Assembly: GCA_012797845.1 (NCBI GenBank)
Contig: JAAZOH010000016.1
Coordinates: 7,733-71,732 of the forward strand
Source of the DNA: Candidatus Beckwithbacteria bacterium
GTDB lineage: Bacteria > Patescibacteriota > Microgenomatia > UBA1400 > UBA1449
Reading direction: 5' to 3'
DNA length: 64,000 bases
The notes under the pieces are model-generated. The model made no database searches. It saw only the letters and a program-made list of their open reading frames with translations, and had not been told where the DNA came from. The position numbers and the translations under genes were made by a program. Below, one piece after another: positions 1 through 10,194 of this stretch (position 1 is its first letter; each line of letters begins with the position of its first letter).

Positions 1-373
1 CAAAAACCGTGACATAGAGCCGCTTGGGATCAAGGCCAATAGTTTGAGTTAAAAACTGCCAAAACCAAGGCAGTTGCTGCGTCTTAAAATAATCACCAAA
101 CGACCAATTACCCAACATTTCAAAGAAAGTGGTATGCCGATTATCACCTACAGCTTCAATATCCTGACTACGAAAACAACGTTGCGAATTAGTAATTCTA
201 ACTCCTAGCGGATGAGTTTGACCAAAAAAATAAGGGATCATCGGCTGCATTCCTGAGCCGGTAAATAGGGTTGTCGGATCGTTTTGAGGAACTAGAGAAG
301 TTGATGGCACGATCACATGTCCCTGGCTTTTAAAAAAATCTAAATAGCTTGATCTGACTTGATCGGCATTCAT
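1..373 (-). CDS. alaS: Alanine--tRNA ligase, N-terminal part (runs off the left edge)
   Basis: Not in the ORF track. Manual translation from ATG at 373 gives MNADQVRSSYLDFFKSQGHVIVPSTSLVPQNDPTTLFTGSGMQP...DIEAVGDNRHTTFFEMLGNWSFGDYFK, the AlaRS signature motifs. Confidence 0.97.
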   Translation of the reverse strand, partial: MNADQVRSSYLDFFKSQGHVIVPSTSLVPQNDPTTLFTGSGMQPMIPYFFGQTHPLGVRITNSQRCFRSQDIEAVGDNRHTTFFEMLGNWSFGDYFKTQQLPWFWQFLTQTIGLDPKRLYVTVF

Positions 374-395
374 AGCAATATACAAATAGTAATAG

Positions 396-478
396 TGTCA
401 TTCTGATCACACATTTACGAGAGAAGGGTCTTTTTATTTTAAAAAAGATCCTTCGGCCATACTTCCCTCAGGATGACA
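396..478. repeat. Palindromic intergenic repeat (TGTCATTCTGA...GAAGGGTCT / AGATCCTTC...TCAGGATGACA)
   Basis: Imperfect inverted repeat with the same arm sequences as the element at 6957-7020. Confidence 0.8.
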
Positions 479-591
479 TAAATAATGATGAATATATGAT
501 AACACGGAAAATTTATTTACCTCCCCAACTTCCGACCTTTGGATATAGCAATTTCTTTGTTTTTAACAGAACTACTTGGTATTTATTTTGA

Positions 592-834
592 TTACCTTCT
601 TAATTTATCTTCTAATGGTGTGGTTTCTGGAATAATAGGATTTTCACCACTATTTTCTATTTCTTTCCTTAATTCACCTTGTGAATCTCTTAACATATCT
701 CCATTTTCAGAAAGTTCTGTAGATGTACTCATACTACGAGGAAACATGTTCCCTGCCTGCCCTTCTTCTGAACCCTCAGGATAACCTGCTTTTAATCTTA
801 TTACTTTGCTTTCTCCATTATCAATAATTGCCAT
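592..834 (-). CDS. Small acidic hypothetical protein
   Basis: 80-aa ORF preceded by a strong SD (AAGGAGGT at 838-845); no recognisable motif. Confidence 0.6.
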   Translation of the reverse strand: MAIIDNGESKVIRLKAGYPEGSEEGQAGNMFPRSMSTSTELSENGDMLRDSQGELRKEIENSGENPIIPETTPLEDKLRR

Positions 835-858
835 ACTACCTCCTTAATTGACGATTTT

Positions 859-888
859 ATAACTTTATGATAATCATCATAAAGTTAT
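859..888. promoter_or_regulatory. Perfect 13-bp inverted repeat (operator or hairpin)
   Basis: ATAACTTTATGAT-AATC-ATCATAAAGTTAT just upstream of the SD of ORF 592-834. Confidence 0.5.
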
Positions 889-937
889 TACTTTAGTTGT
901 ACAAGTTGTAAATTATAAGATTAATCCTGAATTATTA

Positions 938-1363
938 TTATCCCAGTTTTCTCCCTTTACGCATAAAAAACTTTTTTTCTATAGTGGAGGCGGTTTTTTG
1001 CAGCTTTTTCTCCATAGCATCAGCTTGTTTACGAGCTGCTTGAGTTGATTTTTCCAGTTCCTTAAGCTCTTCTTGAAGTTTTTGCTTCACTTCTGGCAGG
1101 TTTTCTTCCACTTGATCTTTAAGCTGTTTAGCTTTAACCACTACTTGCTGGGTCGCTGTGGCCACAGTTTCTTTATTGATATCTAAATCTTCCCACTGCT
1201 TTTTTAGCTCAATCCATAGTTCATCTTTTATTTTCTTGCCTTCATCAGTCCCAAACAGAAAATAGCCAGCTGCGCCCACTACTATTCCTAGAACCATGCC
1301 ATCAAAAAAACCACCACCATGAGGCATCATTGGCTGTTGCTCTGTGTCATTTGCTTTATTCAT
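938..1363 (-). CDS. YtxH-like protein (N-terminal TM plus coiled coil)
   Basis: GFFDGMVLGIVVGAAGYFLF...GKKIK pattern followed by a coiled coil; adjacent to a DUF948-like gene. Confidence 0.75.
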   Translation of the reverse strand: MNKANDTEQQPMMPHGGGFFDGMVLGIVVGAAGYFLFGTDEGKKIKDELWIELKKQWEDLDINKETVATATQQVVVKAKQLKDQVEENLPEVKQKLQEELKELEKSTQAARKQADAMEKKLQKTASTIEKKFFMRKGRKLG

Positions 1364-1369
1364 AAGTAC

Positions 1370-1654
1370 TTATTCACTTTTTTCACTTTTACCAAAGCGT
1401 TTATCCAGAATTCGGGTGATAGTATTGATAACCGAAGCTCCTTGTTGCATGCCTTGAATCAAATTAGAAAACTTACTAACCGGTCCAGATACTGAAGAAC
1501 TGATGGTTTCCACATCATCCAAAATTCGATTGGTTCGTTTCATGGTTTTACGAGCTTCTTTTAAAACTCGCAGCAATTCAATGCCAACAATAATCAGCAT
1601 GATTGTCAGAGCCGTCACTACGACTGCTAGCAGTATCTGGATAGGGTCTGTCAT
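1370..1654 (-). CDS. DUF948/YoxC-like membrane-anchored coiled-coil protein
   Basis: N-terminal TM then ...LKEARKTMKRTNRILDDVE; the usual partner of YtxH-like genes. Confidence 0.65.
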   Translation of the reverse strand: MTDPIQILLAVVVTALTIMLIIVGIELLRVLKEARKTMKRTNRILDDVETISSSVSGPVSKFSNLIQGMQQGASVINTITRILDKRFGKSEKSE

Positions 1655-1713
1655 ATAGTTCTCCTCTTTTTATTATGTACAATTTTATATCTTCATTGTC
1701 TCGTTTTTACCTC

Positions 1714-2352
1714 CTATTTGTCAACCACATAGACAGGAATAAGAAGTTCGCTTTGTTTACTATTACTATCAATTGCCTTGACAGTAATAGTTTGGTTTCC
1801 AGGTGAAAGTTGTACCGTAGCTTGAAACTCGCCAGTTGGAAAAACTTCTACCACTTGGCTATTAACATAAACACTACTATCAGCCGAAACAAAACCTTTC
1901 ACCGGCACAATTGGACCTTTAACAACTGTGTTTGGTTTTGGCCTAGTCATATCAATACTTGGTGGCAAACTATAGTTACGTAGTTGGAAAAAAATATAGC
2001 CACCAAAACCTAGTAATAAAATTACAATACCCAAAACTACCAACCATTTAGAAGTTACCACCGTTTCTTTATCTAAAGGTTTGGCTAACCCTTTAGGCAT
2101 AATTTTACCTGATTGACTTACTGCAAAATCTCTTCTAAAAATTGCTAAAGCCCGTTGTGGTGATAGGCCTACTACTTTGGCATAAGAAGTAATAAAACCC
2201 TTAGTAAAGGTACTAGCTGGCAGTTTGGTAAAATCATCTGCCTCTAAGGCTTCCAATAAATATGTAGCAATATTAGTTTGTTTACTGACATGCTCAAGAG
2301 TTAGGTTTTTTTTGAGACGCAGAGATTGAAGTAATCGACCAATGCTTTCCAT
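1714..2352 (-). CDS. RodZ-like HTH-TM-Ig protein
   Basis: HTH_25-type N-terminus (LEALEADDFTKLP...KGFITSYAKVVGL), one TM, Ig-like C-terminus; downstream of ftsK. Confidence 0.85.
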   Translation of the reverse strand: MESIGRLLQSLRLKKNLTLEHVSKQTNIATYLLEALEADDFTKLPASTFTKGFITSYAKVVGLSPQRALAIFRRDFAVSQSGKIMPKGLAKPLDKETVVTSKWLVVLGIVILLLGFGGYIFFQLRNYSLPPSIDMTRPKPNTVVKGPIVPVKGFVSADSSVYVNSQVVEVFPTGEFQATVQLSPGNQTITVKAIDSNSKQSELLIPVYVVDK

Positions 2353-2382
2353 GTTTATCGACCTCTAAATGAAAATTTGCTT

Positions 2383-4560
2383 TTACTGATTTAATTTAGC
2401 TAAAAATTCTTCCGCGTTTTTGATGAGAACTTCCCGAGGTTTAGAACCATCAGGAGCTGAAATAGCTCCAGCCGCATAAAGTTGGTCTAGAATCCGAGCA
2501 GCTCGATTATAGCCAATGGAAAGCTTACGCTGCAGCAGTGAAGCTGAAGCTTTATCATAACCGCAAACAATCCGCACTGCTTCTTCAAAATTTTCATCAA
2601 GATCTTCAGTTCCGCCACCTTCTTCACTGGTTCCCCCACCTTTACTACTTTTACCTTTAAATTTGGAAGTGACTTCTTCAGTGTATTGCACTGGTGCTCC
2701 GCTATTTTTCAAGAAGTCGGTCATATTTTTAATATCACCATCAGTGACATATGCTCCTTGAATTCTTCGAGGCTTGGCTTGATCAGGCGGAATAAAGAGC
2801 ATATCTCCCCGACCTAGCAGTTTTTCAGCTCCTGGCGAATCAAGAATTACCCTCGAATCCATCATAGATGAAACTGAAAAAGCAATCCGGGCTGGGATAT
2901 TGGCTTTGATAAGTCCAGTAATAACATCAACCGAAGGTCGTTGGGTCGCTAAGACTAAATGAATACCAGTAGCCCGAGCCATTTGAGCCAGGCGGTTGAT
3001 ACTATCCTCAACATCGGATGGGGCATAGAGCATAATATCAGCCAGTTCATCAATCACAATCAAAATATAAGGCATAGCCTGAAAACCAGACATTTCATTG
3101 TACGATTCAATATTACGAGCTCCGATTTCAGCAAAGGTTTTATAGCGGCTTTCCATTTCGGCAATAGCCCATTTTAAAGCCGAAACTACTTTTTCCGGCT
3201 CCACAATCACTGGGGTTAGCAAGTGAGGAATCCCATTGTAAGTTGATAACTCAACCCGCTTGGGATCAACCAAAATCATTTTGACATCATTCGGCGTAGA
3301 TCTGAATAAAATGGAGCTTAAAATAGTATTAATACAGACTGATTTACCTGAACCAGTTTGTCCAGCAATCAGCATATGCGGCATTTTTGCAATGTCTAAC
3401 AAAACATGTTTTCCAGATACATCCAGCCCTAAACCAACCAGTAATTTGGCTTTATTGGCTTTCATTTCCCCATCCGCCAAAACAGTTTTTAGAGAGACTA
3501 AGGCTGAACTTAAGTTTGGCACTTCAATCCCGACCAAGGGCCTACCAGGAATAGGGGCTTCGATCCGGATTTGGCCGGTTCGGGCCGCTAAAGCCAGAGC
3601 TAAATCATTAGCCAGCGAAGTAATTTTAGTCAGCTTTGTGCCAGTTGCTAGTTGGATAGCATACTGGGTCACAGTTGGACCAGGGCTAAAATCAACTACT
3701 TTAGCCTGGACTCCAAAGCTTTGTAAAGTTTCCTCAATCACCTGAGCATTGCGCTTAATATCTCCCCGCTCGGCTTTACTATTATTGGCTGATAAAAGTG
3801 ACAGCGGTGGTAATCGCCAAACTTGAGTAGTAGCTCCCGGTACTGGCGGTTTAATTTCTCCTTTACCTTCCTCAGGAGTTGATTTAGTCTCATCAGGAGT
3901 AGTTGGAATAGTTTTTTCTTCTTCTTTATCAAGCAGTGATTCTTGCTCCCAAGATTGTTTATCTGTAGAAGCCTGAGCTAGTTTGTCTTCAAATGATAGT
4001 TCTTCCGCTGGCACGGTAAATAAGTGAACAATATTGAATTTAGATAAAACTGCTTTTAAAAATTTATACATATCAGAAAGAGAAACTTCGAAAAAAACCA
4101 TAAAACCAATAATAAAGCCAAAGAGAAAAATAAAAAACGCTCCTAAATTAGAGATCAAAATAGCTAGACTTTGCCAAAGCTCAACCCCTAAAGATCCAGT
4201 TTGCATCATGCTGACAATAGAAATTGTCAGAATAATACTACCCAAAAATAATGTGGGTCGGGAAAACCAAGCTTGAGGGCGAAACAAAATATTGCCTCCA
4301 AAGATAAGAATAACAGGTACAAAAATCATGCCCCAACCCAGTAAGCTTGAAAAAATTCGTCTAATTGCTTCCAGTAAAGCTCCGTTTTGAAAAAACGATA
4401 AAACAATCAGAATAGCTACAAAATAGAAAACAAGGGCCGCAATTGACCGAACCACTTTAGGATTAAGTTGCAGTTCATTTTGCTGCTGCTTCTTGGATTT
4501 TTTTGAGGATGAGCGTTTTTTGCTACGCTTCTTTTTGGTTTTTTTATTTAGTCCTAGCAT
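2383..4560 (-). CDS. ftsK: DNA translocase FtsK/SpoIIIE
   Basis: Four N-terminal TMs, PHMLIAGQTGSGKS Walker A, VIDELAD, ATQRPS, gamma domain LLQRKLSIGYNRAARI. Confidence 0.97.
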   Translation of the reverse strand: MLGLNKKTKKKRSKKRSSSKKSKKQQQNELQLNPKVVRSIAALVFYFVAILIVLSFFQNGALLEAIRRIFSSLLGWGMIFVPVILIFGGNILFRPQAWFSRPTLFLGSIILTISIVSMMQTGSLGVELWQSLAILISNLGAFFIFLFGFIIGFMVFFEVSLSDMYKFLKAVLSKFNIVHLFTVPAEELSFEDKLAQASTDKQSWEQESLLDKEEEKTIPTTPDETKSTPEEGKGEIKPPVPGATTQVWRLPPLSLLSANNSKAERGDIKRNAQVIEETLQSFGVQAKVVDFSPGPTVTQYAIQLATGTKLTKITSLANDLALALAARTGQIRIEAPIPGRPLVGIEVPNLSSALVSLKTVLADGEMKANKAKLLVGLGLDVSGKHVLLDIAKMPHMLIAGQTGSGKSVCINTILSSILFRSTPNDVKMILVDPKRVELSTYNGIPHLLTPVIVEPEKVVSALKWAIAEMESRYKTFAEIGARNIESYNEMSGFQAMPYILIVIDELADIMLYAPSDVEDSINRLAQMARATGIHLVLATQRPSVDVITGLIKANIPARIAFSVSSMMDSRVILDSPGAEKLLGRGDMLFIPPDQAKPRRIQGAYVTDGDIKNMTDFLKNSGAPVQYTEEVTSKFKGKSSKGGGTSEEGGGTEDLDENFEEAVRIVCGYDKASASLLQRKLSIGYNRAARILDQLYAAGAISAPDGSKPREVLIKNAEEFLAKLNQ

Positions 4561-4677
4561 AGGCAGTATTTACCCTTATTTTACACCATAAGATTAACAG
4601 AAATATCTAAAAAGCGAAAGATCGATTCTTTATTTTATTTTAAAAACTCACTTTGGATATGACATAATAAAAGCTAG

Positions 4678-5277
4678 ATGCATAGACTACTTTTTCGCCT
4701 TCTTGCTGGCCAATTTAAATATCCTCGAGGTATTTTAGGTACATATGTTGCTAAAGATATGGCTAAGCTTAATCAAAAGCAAAATCAATGGGTTTTATCT
4801 CTTTTGGATTTACAAAAAGATGATAAGGTTTTAGAAATTGGATTTGGTCCGGGCTTAAATTTACAAAAAATTGCACTTACAAATAAAGTTTGGGGAGTTG
4901 AAATTTCTAAAACCATGCTTCAAATAGCTCAGAAAAAAAATAAAGCTTTGATTGATTCTGGAAAACTTCAACTACAACTAGCTCCAGCTGAACAATTACC
5001 TTTTGTAGCTAATTTTTTTGATACGGTAATCTCTGTTCATGTAATCTACTTCTGGCCAGATTTAGAAAAGGTATTTAGAGAAATTAGAAGAATTTTAAAA
5101 CCTTCTGGTTTGTTTGTTTTATATTTTGTATACCCAACTATTATTTCGGGCTCGCATTTTATTCTAAGAAAGCCTGAAGAAATTATGATTTCTTTGAAAA
5201 AATCTGGTTTTAAAAAAATTACCTTAAAGAGAAAAAGCTTTGGCCATCAAAAAGGATATTGTTTGTTTTGTAGCTAA
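4678..5277 (+). CDS. Class I SAM-dependent methyltransferase
   Basis: VLEIGFGPG motif I, LPF...FD, RILKPSG. Confidence 0.9.
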   Translation: MHRLLFRLLAGQFKYPRGILGTYVAKDMAKLNQKQNQWVLSLLDLQKDDKVLEIGFGPGLNLQKIALTNKVWGVEISKTMLQIAQKKNKALIDSGKLQLQLAPAEQLPFVANFFDTVISVHVIYFWPDLEKVFREIRRILKPSGLFVLYFVYPTIISGSHFILRKPEEIMISLKKSGFKKITLKRKSFGHQKGYCLFCS

Positions 5278-5288
5278 AAAATCTCAAA

Positions 5289-6947
5289 TTAACTTTTTAC
5301 CAACGTTATCAGCACCAATGGTTCTCGCTGGGTTTCTAAAAACACAAATTTTTCCAGTTCTTCGGTGACTTCATCTCGCTTATCTTTCCAATCTCTGATT
5401 TGCATGCCAGCTAGCAGGTGTTTTTGAGTTTCGTCTGCGATAGCTTCTAAGAGTTCCTGTGATTGTCGGGCAAAGACAAAACCTCGAGTAATGACTTCTG
5501 GTCGGCCTTTAATTTGGTTTTTATTTTGATCAACTGGAATGGCAATGACCATCATACCGCTTTGGGACATTTTTTTGCGGTCAGACAATACTAAAGGTCC
5601 CACATCGCCAATTCCCAAACCATCAACAATAATAGTTTTGAGTTTAATTTTGTTATCAACCCAGATTTTATCTCGGCTAATACCGGCTATCTCTCCATCA
5701 TTAAGTAGTAAAACTTGCTCATCTCGCCAACCCATACCAGTTGCTAGCAACCGGTACTGGGTCATATGCCGGAAAGTTCCCCCGATTGGAATGGTATATT
5801 TCGGCTTTGTTAAAGTTAGCAATAGCCGCAATTCATCAGCTGAAGCATGACCAGACACATGTAAAGTATCTTGGACTTCACGGTAAGACACGGTGGCTCC
5901 TAATTTAGCTAAATTATCCACTGCCCGATACGCATTACGTTCGTTACCTGGAATTGGATCAGCACTAAAGACTACATGATCACCAGTTTTAATAGAAACT
6001 AGCTGATGTTGATTGGTGGCAATTCGCGCTAAAGTGGAACCTATTTGTCCCTGACTGCCAGCCACAATCAAACACAGTTGATTATCTTTAAACTGTTTGA
6101 TCCGACGCTTATTGATAACTACTTTTTCAGGAATTTGTAAAAAGCCAAGCTGTTGAGAAATGCGGATATTTTCTTCAACCGATCGACCGATAAAGGCAAT
6201 TTTGCGGTGATGTTCTACGGCTGCATCAATTGCTTGTTGAATTCGGTGAATATTGGAGGACATCGTGGTCACAATGACTTTACCTTTAACATCTCTGATT
6301 TCCCGACTTAAATTTTCACCCACCTTACTTTCCGACAAAGTGTAACCTTCATTTTCAATCCGTAAACAATCTGATAACAAAGCTAAAACGCCTTTATGGC
6401 CATAGTAGGCAATTTTTTGGACATCAGGTCGATGACCATCAATTGGAGTCCAGTCAAATTTAAAATCACTACCATGATAAATAACTCCTTCTGGAGTCGT
6501 AATAGCTAAGTGCTTGGTATCAGGCACTGAGTGGGTAATGGCAACTGGGTCAATTCCAAAGCTGCCTAATTGTAAAATTTGATCCCGGGGAAAGGTTTGG
6601 ATTTGGGTTTTTAAACCAAATTCTTTAAAATTTTCTTGGGCAAAGCCAGCTGTTAAGGGGCTGGCAAAAACCGGAATATCCATATTAAGCTGTGGCAAAA
6701 TATAGGGCAGTCCGGCAATATGGTCATCATGACCGTGAGTTAAAACGATACCAACAATCGAGTTTTCTTTGCCTTGCAAATAAGAAATGTCGGGGACAAG
6801 TAAATCAGCTCCCAACATTTCTTCTTCTGGAAAGCCAATGCCGCAGTCAACAATCAAGCGCTCTACATTTTGGCCTTCACCATATTCATAGACAAACATG
6901 TTATTGGTCACATGACCAATACCTCCAAGGGGGATAATTCTTAGCAT
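5289..6947 (-). CDS. rnj: Ribonuclease J
   Basis: IIPLGG, LTHGHDDHIAG MBL motif, HVSGH beta-CASP motif. Start placed at MLRIIP because the upstream ATG (6965) lies inside a palindromic repeat. Confidence 0.95.
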   Translation of the reverse strand: MLRIIPLGGIGHVTNNMFVYEYGEGQNVERLIVDCGIGFPEEEMLGADLLVPDISYLQGKENSIVGIVLTHGHDDHIAGLPYILPQLNMDIPVFASPLTAGFAQENFKEFGLKTQIQTFPRDQILQLGSFGIDPVAITHSVPDTKHLAITTPEGVIYHGSDFKFDWTPIDGHRPDVQKIAYYGHKGVLALLSDCLRIENEGYTLSESKVGENLSREIRDVKGKVIVTTMSSNIHRIQQAIDAAVEHHRKIAFIGRSVEENIRISQQLGFLQIPEKVVINKRRIKQFKDNQLCLIVAGSQGQIGSTLARIATNQHQLVSIKTGDHVVFSADPIPGNERNAYRAVDNLAKLGATVSYREVQDTLHVSGHASADELRLLLTLTKPKYTIPIGGTFRHMTQYRLLATGMGWRDEQVLLLNDGEIAGISRDKIWVDNKIKLKTIIVDGLGIGDVGPLVLSDRKKMSQSGMMVIAIPVDQNKNQIKGRPEVITRGFVFARQSQELLEAIADETQKHLLAGMQIRDWKDKRDEVTEELEKFVFLETQREPLVLITLVKS

Positions 6948-6956
6948 AAGTTTAGT

Positions 6957-7020
6957 ATGTGTCATCCTGAACGCAGTGAAGGATCTTAAAAGATTCTTCG
7001 CTTTGCTCAGAATGACACAT
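6957..7020. repeat. Palindromic intergenic repeat
   Basis: ATGTGTCATCCTGA-ACGCAG-TGAAGGATCTT-AA-AAGATTCTTCG-CTTTGC-TCAGAATGACACAT, a long hairpin related to 396-478. Confidence 0.85.
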
Positions 7021-7102
7021 GATTTATTTAAATTTACTGATTTAGTGTACCATGCAAAACTTAACTTTAACGAGATAAAAATGGAGAAAAAGGTATTGGT
7101 CT

Positions 7103-8188
7103 TTAATAGTCTGGCAAAAAGCCTTTAATATTGGTTTCGTCTAAATGGAAAGTATCTCCTTTGCCAGCTACCACCAAACGGGCTACTCTGTGGACAATTC
7201 GGCGAATAGTTCTTTCTAATGTTCGGATACCGGAATCAAAGCCAAGTGGCCGGACAATTTTTGTCCATAGCTGTTCATCAATATGAACTTGGTCTGGAGT
7301 AAGCCCTGCTTCTTCTATAATTTTTGGCAAAATATATTGTTTACCAATCACAATTTTTTCATCATCAGTATAGGAAGGCATATCAATTACTTCCATTCTG
7401 TCCAGTACTGCCGTAGCTACATTACGGGTATTGTTGGCCGTAGCAATAAATAGCACATCAGATAAATCAAAAGGGTAATCAAGGTAGTGATCAATAAAAC
7501 GGTGATTTTGACCCGGATCTAAAATCTCAACTAGTACCCCCATAATATCGTTGCGGGCTTCTTCAGAAACCCGGTCAATTTCATCAAGCAGAATCACGGG
7601 GTTGCGACTTTGGGCTTGGCGGAGAGCTTTAATAATCTTGCCTGGTTCATTATCAGCATGAAGCCGTGACTGGCCTCGAAGATCAAGAGCCGAGCCCATA
7701 CCACCAAACGGGATCCGGGCATATTTACGACCCATGGCTTCAGATAGTGCTGGTCCAAAAGTAGTTTTCCCAGTTCCGACTAGACCCACTAAAAATAAAA
7801 TTGGTGCCCGGCTGACTTTGTCTTTGTCTCTATTTAATTTCAAAACTGCCATGTACTCCAAAATCCGGTTTTTAACATGATCCATACCGTAGTGGTGTTT
7901 ATCCATAATGTCTTTAGCCCGCTCCAAGTCAAGATTATCTTCAGTTTGATAATTCCAAGGTAGTGATAACACCCATTCTACATAGTGAGAAATTTTTTCA
8001 TATTCTTCACTATAACCACCAAAACGGGCCATTCGTTTGAGCCGTACTAGCATTTCGCGAATTTTATCTTTGAGTTCGTCTGGGATATCAGCTTGTTCGA
8101 CTCTTTCTCGCAGCTGATCAACTTCCTGAAATAGCTCGTCAAAAGCCGCTTGGGTTTGGTTATAAGGAGTTTGGGCAGTTGGTTCCAT
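7103..8188 (-). CDS. Lon-family AAA+ ATPase module with no protease domain
   Basis: LonA-like WVLSLPW, HYGMDHVKNRILEY, Walker A GLVGTGKT, ILLDEID, DPGQNHRFIDHYL, GIRTLER; the ORF stops before any Ser-Lys protease domain. Confidence 0.85.
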   Translation of the reverse strand: MEPTAQTPYNQTQAAFDELFQEVDQLRERVEQADIPDELKDKIREMLVRLKRMARFGGYSEEYEKISHYVEWVLSLPWNYQTEDNLDLERAKDIMDKHHYGMDHVKNRILEYMAVLKLNRDKDKVSRAPILFLVGLVGTGKTTFGPALSEAMGRKYARIPFGGMGSALDLRGQSRLHADNEPGKIIKALRQAQSRNPVILLDEIDRVSEEARNDIMGVLVEILDPGQNHRFIDHYLDYPFDLSDVLFIATANNTRNVATAVLDRMEVIDMPSYTDDEKIVIGKQYILPKIIEEAGLTPDQVHIDEQLWTKIVRPLGFDSGIRTLERTIRRIVHRVARLVVAGKGDTFHLDETNIKGFLPDY

Positions 8189-8193
8189 AGCTA

Positions 8194-8655
8194 CTATTTC
8201 ATTTGTTGTACATTACTTTTCTCACCAATTGTTTTCATAATCCTCTGGCTGCTTTCACTATCGATTCCTGACCATACAGTTTGCGCATCTTCCTGGTCGA
8301 TTACTATATTTCCTACTCCAAATATTTTTTGTAAAAAAGTTTGATTAAAGTCAATGTTGGTAATTTTTGAAAATGGGATAGTGGTTGAAAAAGTACTAAA
8401 AACACCTTTTTTTAAATTCAAGGCACTTGCATCTAAGGCGTATGTCAGATTTTTGTATTCTAGTTTCGCTAAAACATACATAAGCACAATTGGTCCAAAT
8501 AAAAAAAGTAGAGAAATTACTATTCCTATTGCATTTAATTTGTCGGCTGAAAATACTACTAAGGCAAAAAACCCCAAAATCAAACCAATTATAATTCCAA
8601 TAATTAATTTGTTAATAATTCGATATAGTAGTGCTTTACTGTTAAAGTGTTCCAT
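8194..8655 (-). CDS. Membrane-anchored bacterial PH-domain (bPH_2/YdbS-like) protein
   Basis: Two TMs, then KGVFS...TIPFSKITNIDFNQTFLQKIFGVGNIVI. Confidence 0.8.
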   Translation of the reverse strand: MEHFNSKALLYRIINKLIIGIIIGLILGFFALVVFSADKLNAIGIVISLLFLFGPIVLMYVLAKLEYKNLTYALDASALNLKKGVFSTFSTTIPFSKITNIDFNQTFLQKIFGVGNIVIDQEDAQTVWSGIDSESSQRIMKTIGEKSNVQQMK

Positions 8656-8721
8656 ATTTTCAAGAAATTTATAATCTCTTTTAGTGTAATTAATTACAGC
8701 TTAAAACTCAATAATAGCCTT

Positions 8722-10194
8722 TTAATGTTCCCAATAGTAATCTCTCCACAGCTCAACCGATAGAGGAATAAATTTTTGAGTTTTATTATCAAAGCCATAG
8801 ATTTCTCGACAGTTAAGTTTATTCCATTCACATGAACCGGCCAGTGTTGCATATATTTCCGGATAACGACAATATACGTTCTCACCTGCTTCATTTTTAC
8901 AAGCTAGCTCAAGCGGTTCTTTTTGGGCCTTTGTCGCCCAAAAGTCAATGGATTTTTGCGGGTTTTCATAAATTCCAAACCATAATCCGGCCTGAAATAG
9001 ACTGGGCTTGGATAGACTACTTATATTTACAATGTATGCCAAACCATGATGGACTAAAAGCAAAATACAAACTCCTATTACTATTTGTTTAACTTGCCGA
9101 TCAACCCATTTTTTATTAAAAATCCAATCCCAGATTAGAGTGAATAAAGTATAAATGCCAACTAAAACTCCAGTGTTACGCCGCATCCCGGGCAAACCGC
9201 TGGGATCACTTGTCATGCTTGATAAAAACAAACTTAAGACCATCACTATAATTGCTGAAAAAATAATGAGACGTTTCTTATCTTTTTGCTGCCAAACCTG
9301 GTAACAAGTGTAAGTAACAAAACCTAAACTGACCAAGGGAAATAGGTAGGAAAAATCACCAGCCGCCACTTCATAGTAATAGCTGGTACCTTTACTCAGT
9401 AAATCCGAAATCAAACCAATAACGTTGTTCCATATATGGGTTAAAGAAAAACTCAGCTGACCTGCTCCCCGAAATAAGCCTCCTCCAGTTTTGGGATCAT
9501 GCCAAAGTACGTTTTTGTTGGTAACTAAACTAATTGCTAATAAAAATGGAATTAAACCACCAATCACTAAAGCTGATAACTGAACCAGTTTTTTTTGCCC
9601 TAATCTGTAAACAATCCAAAAGCCTAAAACAGGAATATAAATAATAAAGGCCGGGTACGAAAGCCAGGTTATCATTGCTATCACTCCAATTCCCAGCAGC
9701 GCTAGCACTGATTGCCACGTTTTTTGAGGCGAGACGTATAAAAGTAGCCAAATTAAAATCGGTAAAACTTGCAGCTCTATTCCAAACTGGGCTTCAAGGC
9801 AGCTGAAAAAAATTAAAGTGGGTGATAAGCCAATTACCAGTAGCGGCAACCAGGCTTTTAGACCTAGTAATTTTTTAAAAACCGCAGCCAAGCTCAAAAG
9901 TGAAAAAAAGGCTATACCCAAACGCAGATACTTGGCAGCAAAAAGGCTGAAGCCAAAGAGTTTATATATACCCAGCAGTGGCAAATACCAACCCAGGTTA
10001 CTAGAAACCCCATCATAGACTAAGCCTTTTTCCAACCAAAAAACGTTGCGGATCGACTCAGCCAACTCTTCATATCTAATTTGATTAAATGAACTAAAGG
10101 TAAAAATAGCTTGCAGTACAAACAGCAGGATCGGTAAAATCCAGTAGCCAATTTCCAAAAGTTCGGGATCAATGTTTGCTTTTTTGCTTTTCAT
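8722..10194 (-). CDS. GT-C-type polytopic membrane glycosyltransferase (putative)
   Basis: Many TMs, acidic pair after TM1 (RYEE), external C-terminal domain; clustered with other GT-C genes. Confidence 0.6.
   Translation of the reverse strand: MKSKKANIDPELLEIGYWILPILLFVLQAIFTFSSFNQIRYEELAESIRNVFWLEKGLVYDGVSSNLGWYLPLLGIYKLFGFSLFAAKYLRLGIAFFSLLSLAAVFKKLLGLKAWLPLLVIGLSPTLIFFSCLEAQFGIELQVLPILIWLLLYVSPQKTWQSVLALLGIGVIAMITWLSYPAFIIYIPVLGFWIVYRLGQKKLVQLSALVIGGLIPFLLAISLVTNKNVLWHDPKTGGGLFRGAGQLSFSLTHIWNNVIGLISDLLSKGTSYYYEVAAGDFSYLFPLVSLGFVTYTCYQVWQQKDKKRLIIFSAIIVMVLSLFLSSMTSDPSGLPGMRRNTGVLVGIYTLFTLIWDWIFNKKWVDRQVKQIVIGVCILLLVHHGLAYIVNISSLSKPSLFQAGLWFGIYENPQKSIDFWATKAQKEPLELACKNEAGENVYCRYPEIYATLAGSCEWNKLNCREIYGFDNKTQKFIPLSVELWRDYYWEH

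Noticed and set aside
40-90. tmRNA-like tag on the plus strand (AACT GCC AAA ACC AAG GCA GTT GCT GCG TCT TAA)
   Set aside because: It lies antisense to unambiguous alaS coding sequence, and no tRNA-like domain is present.
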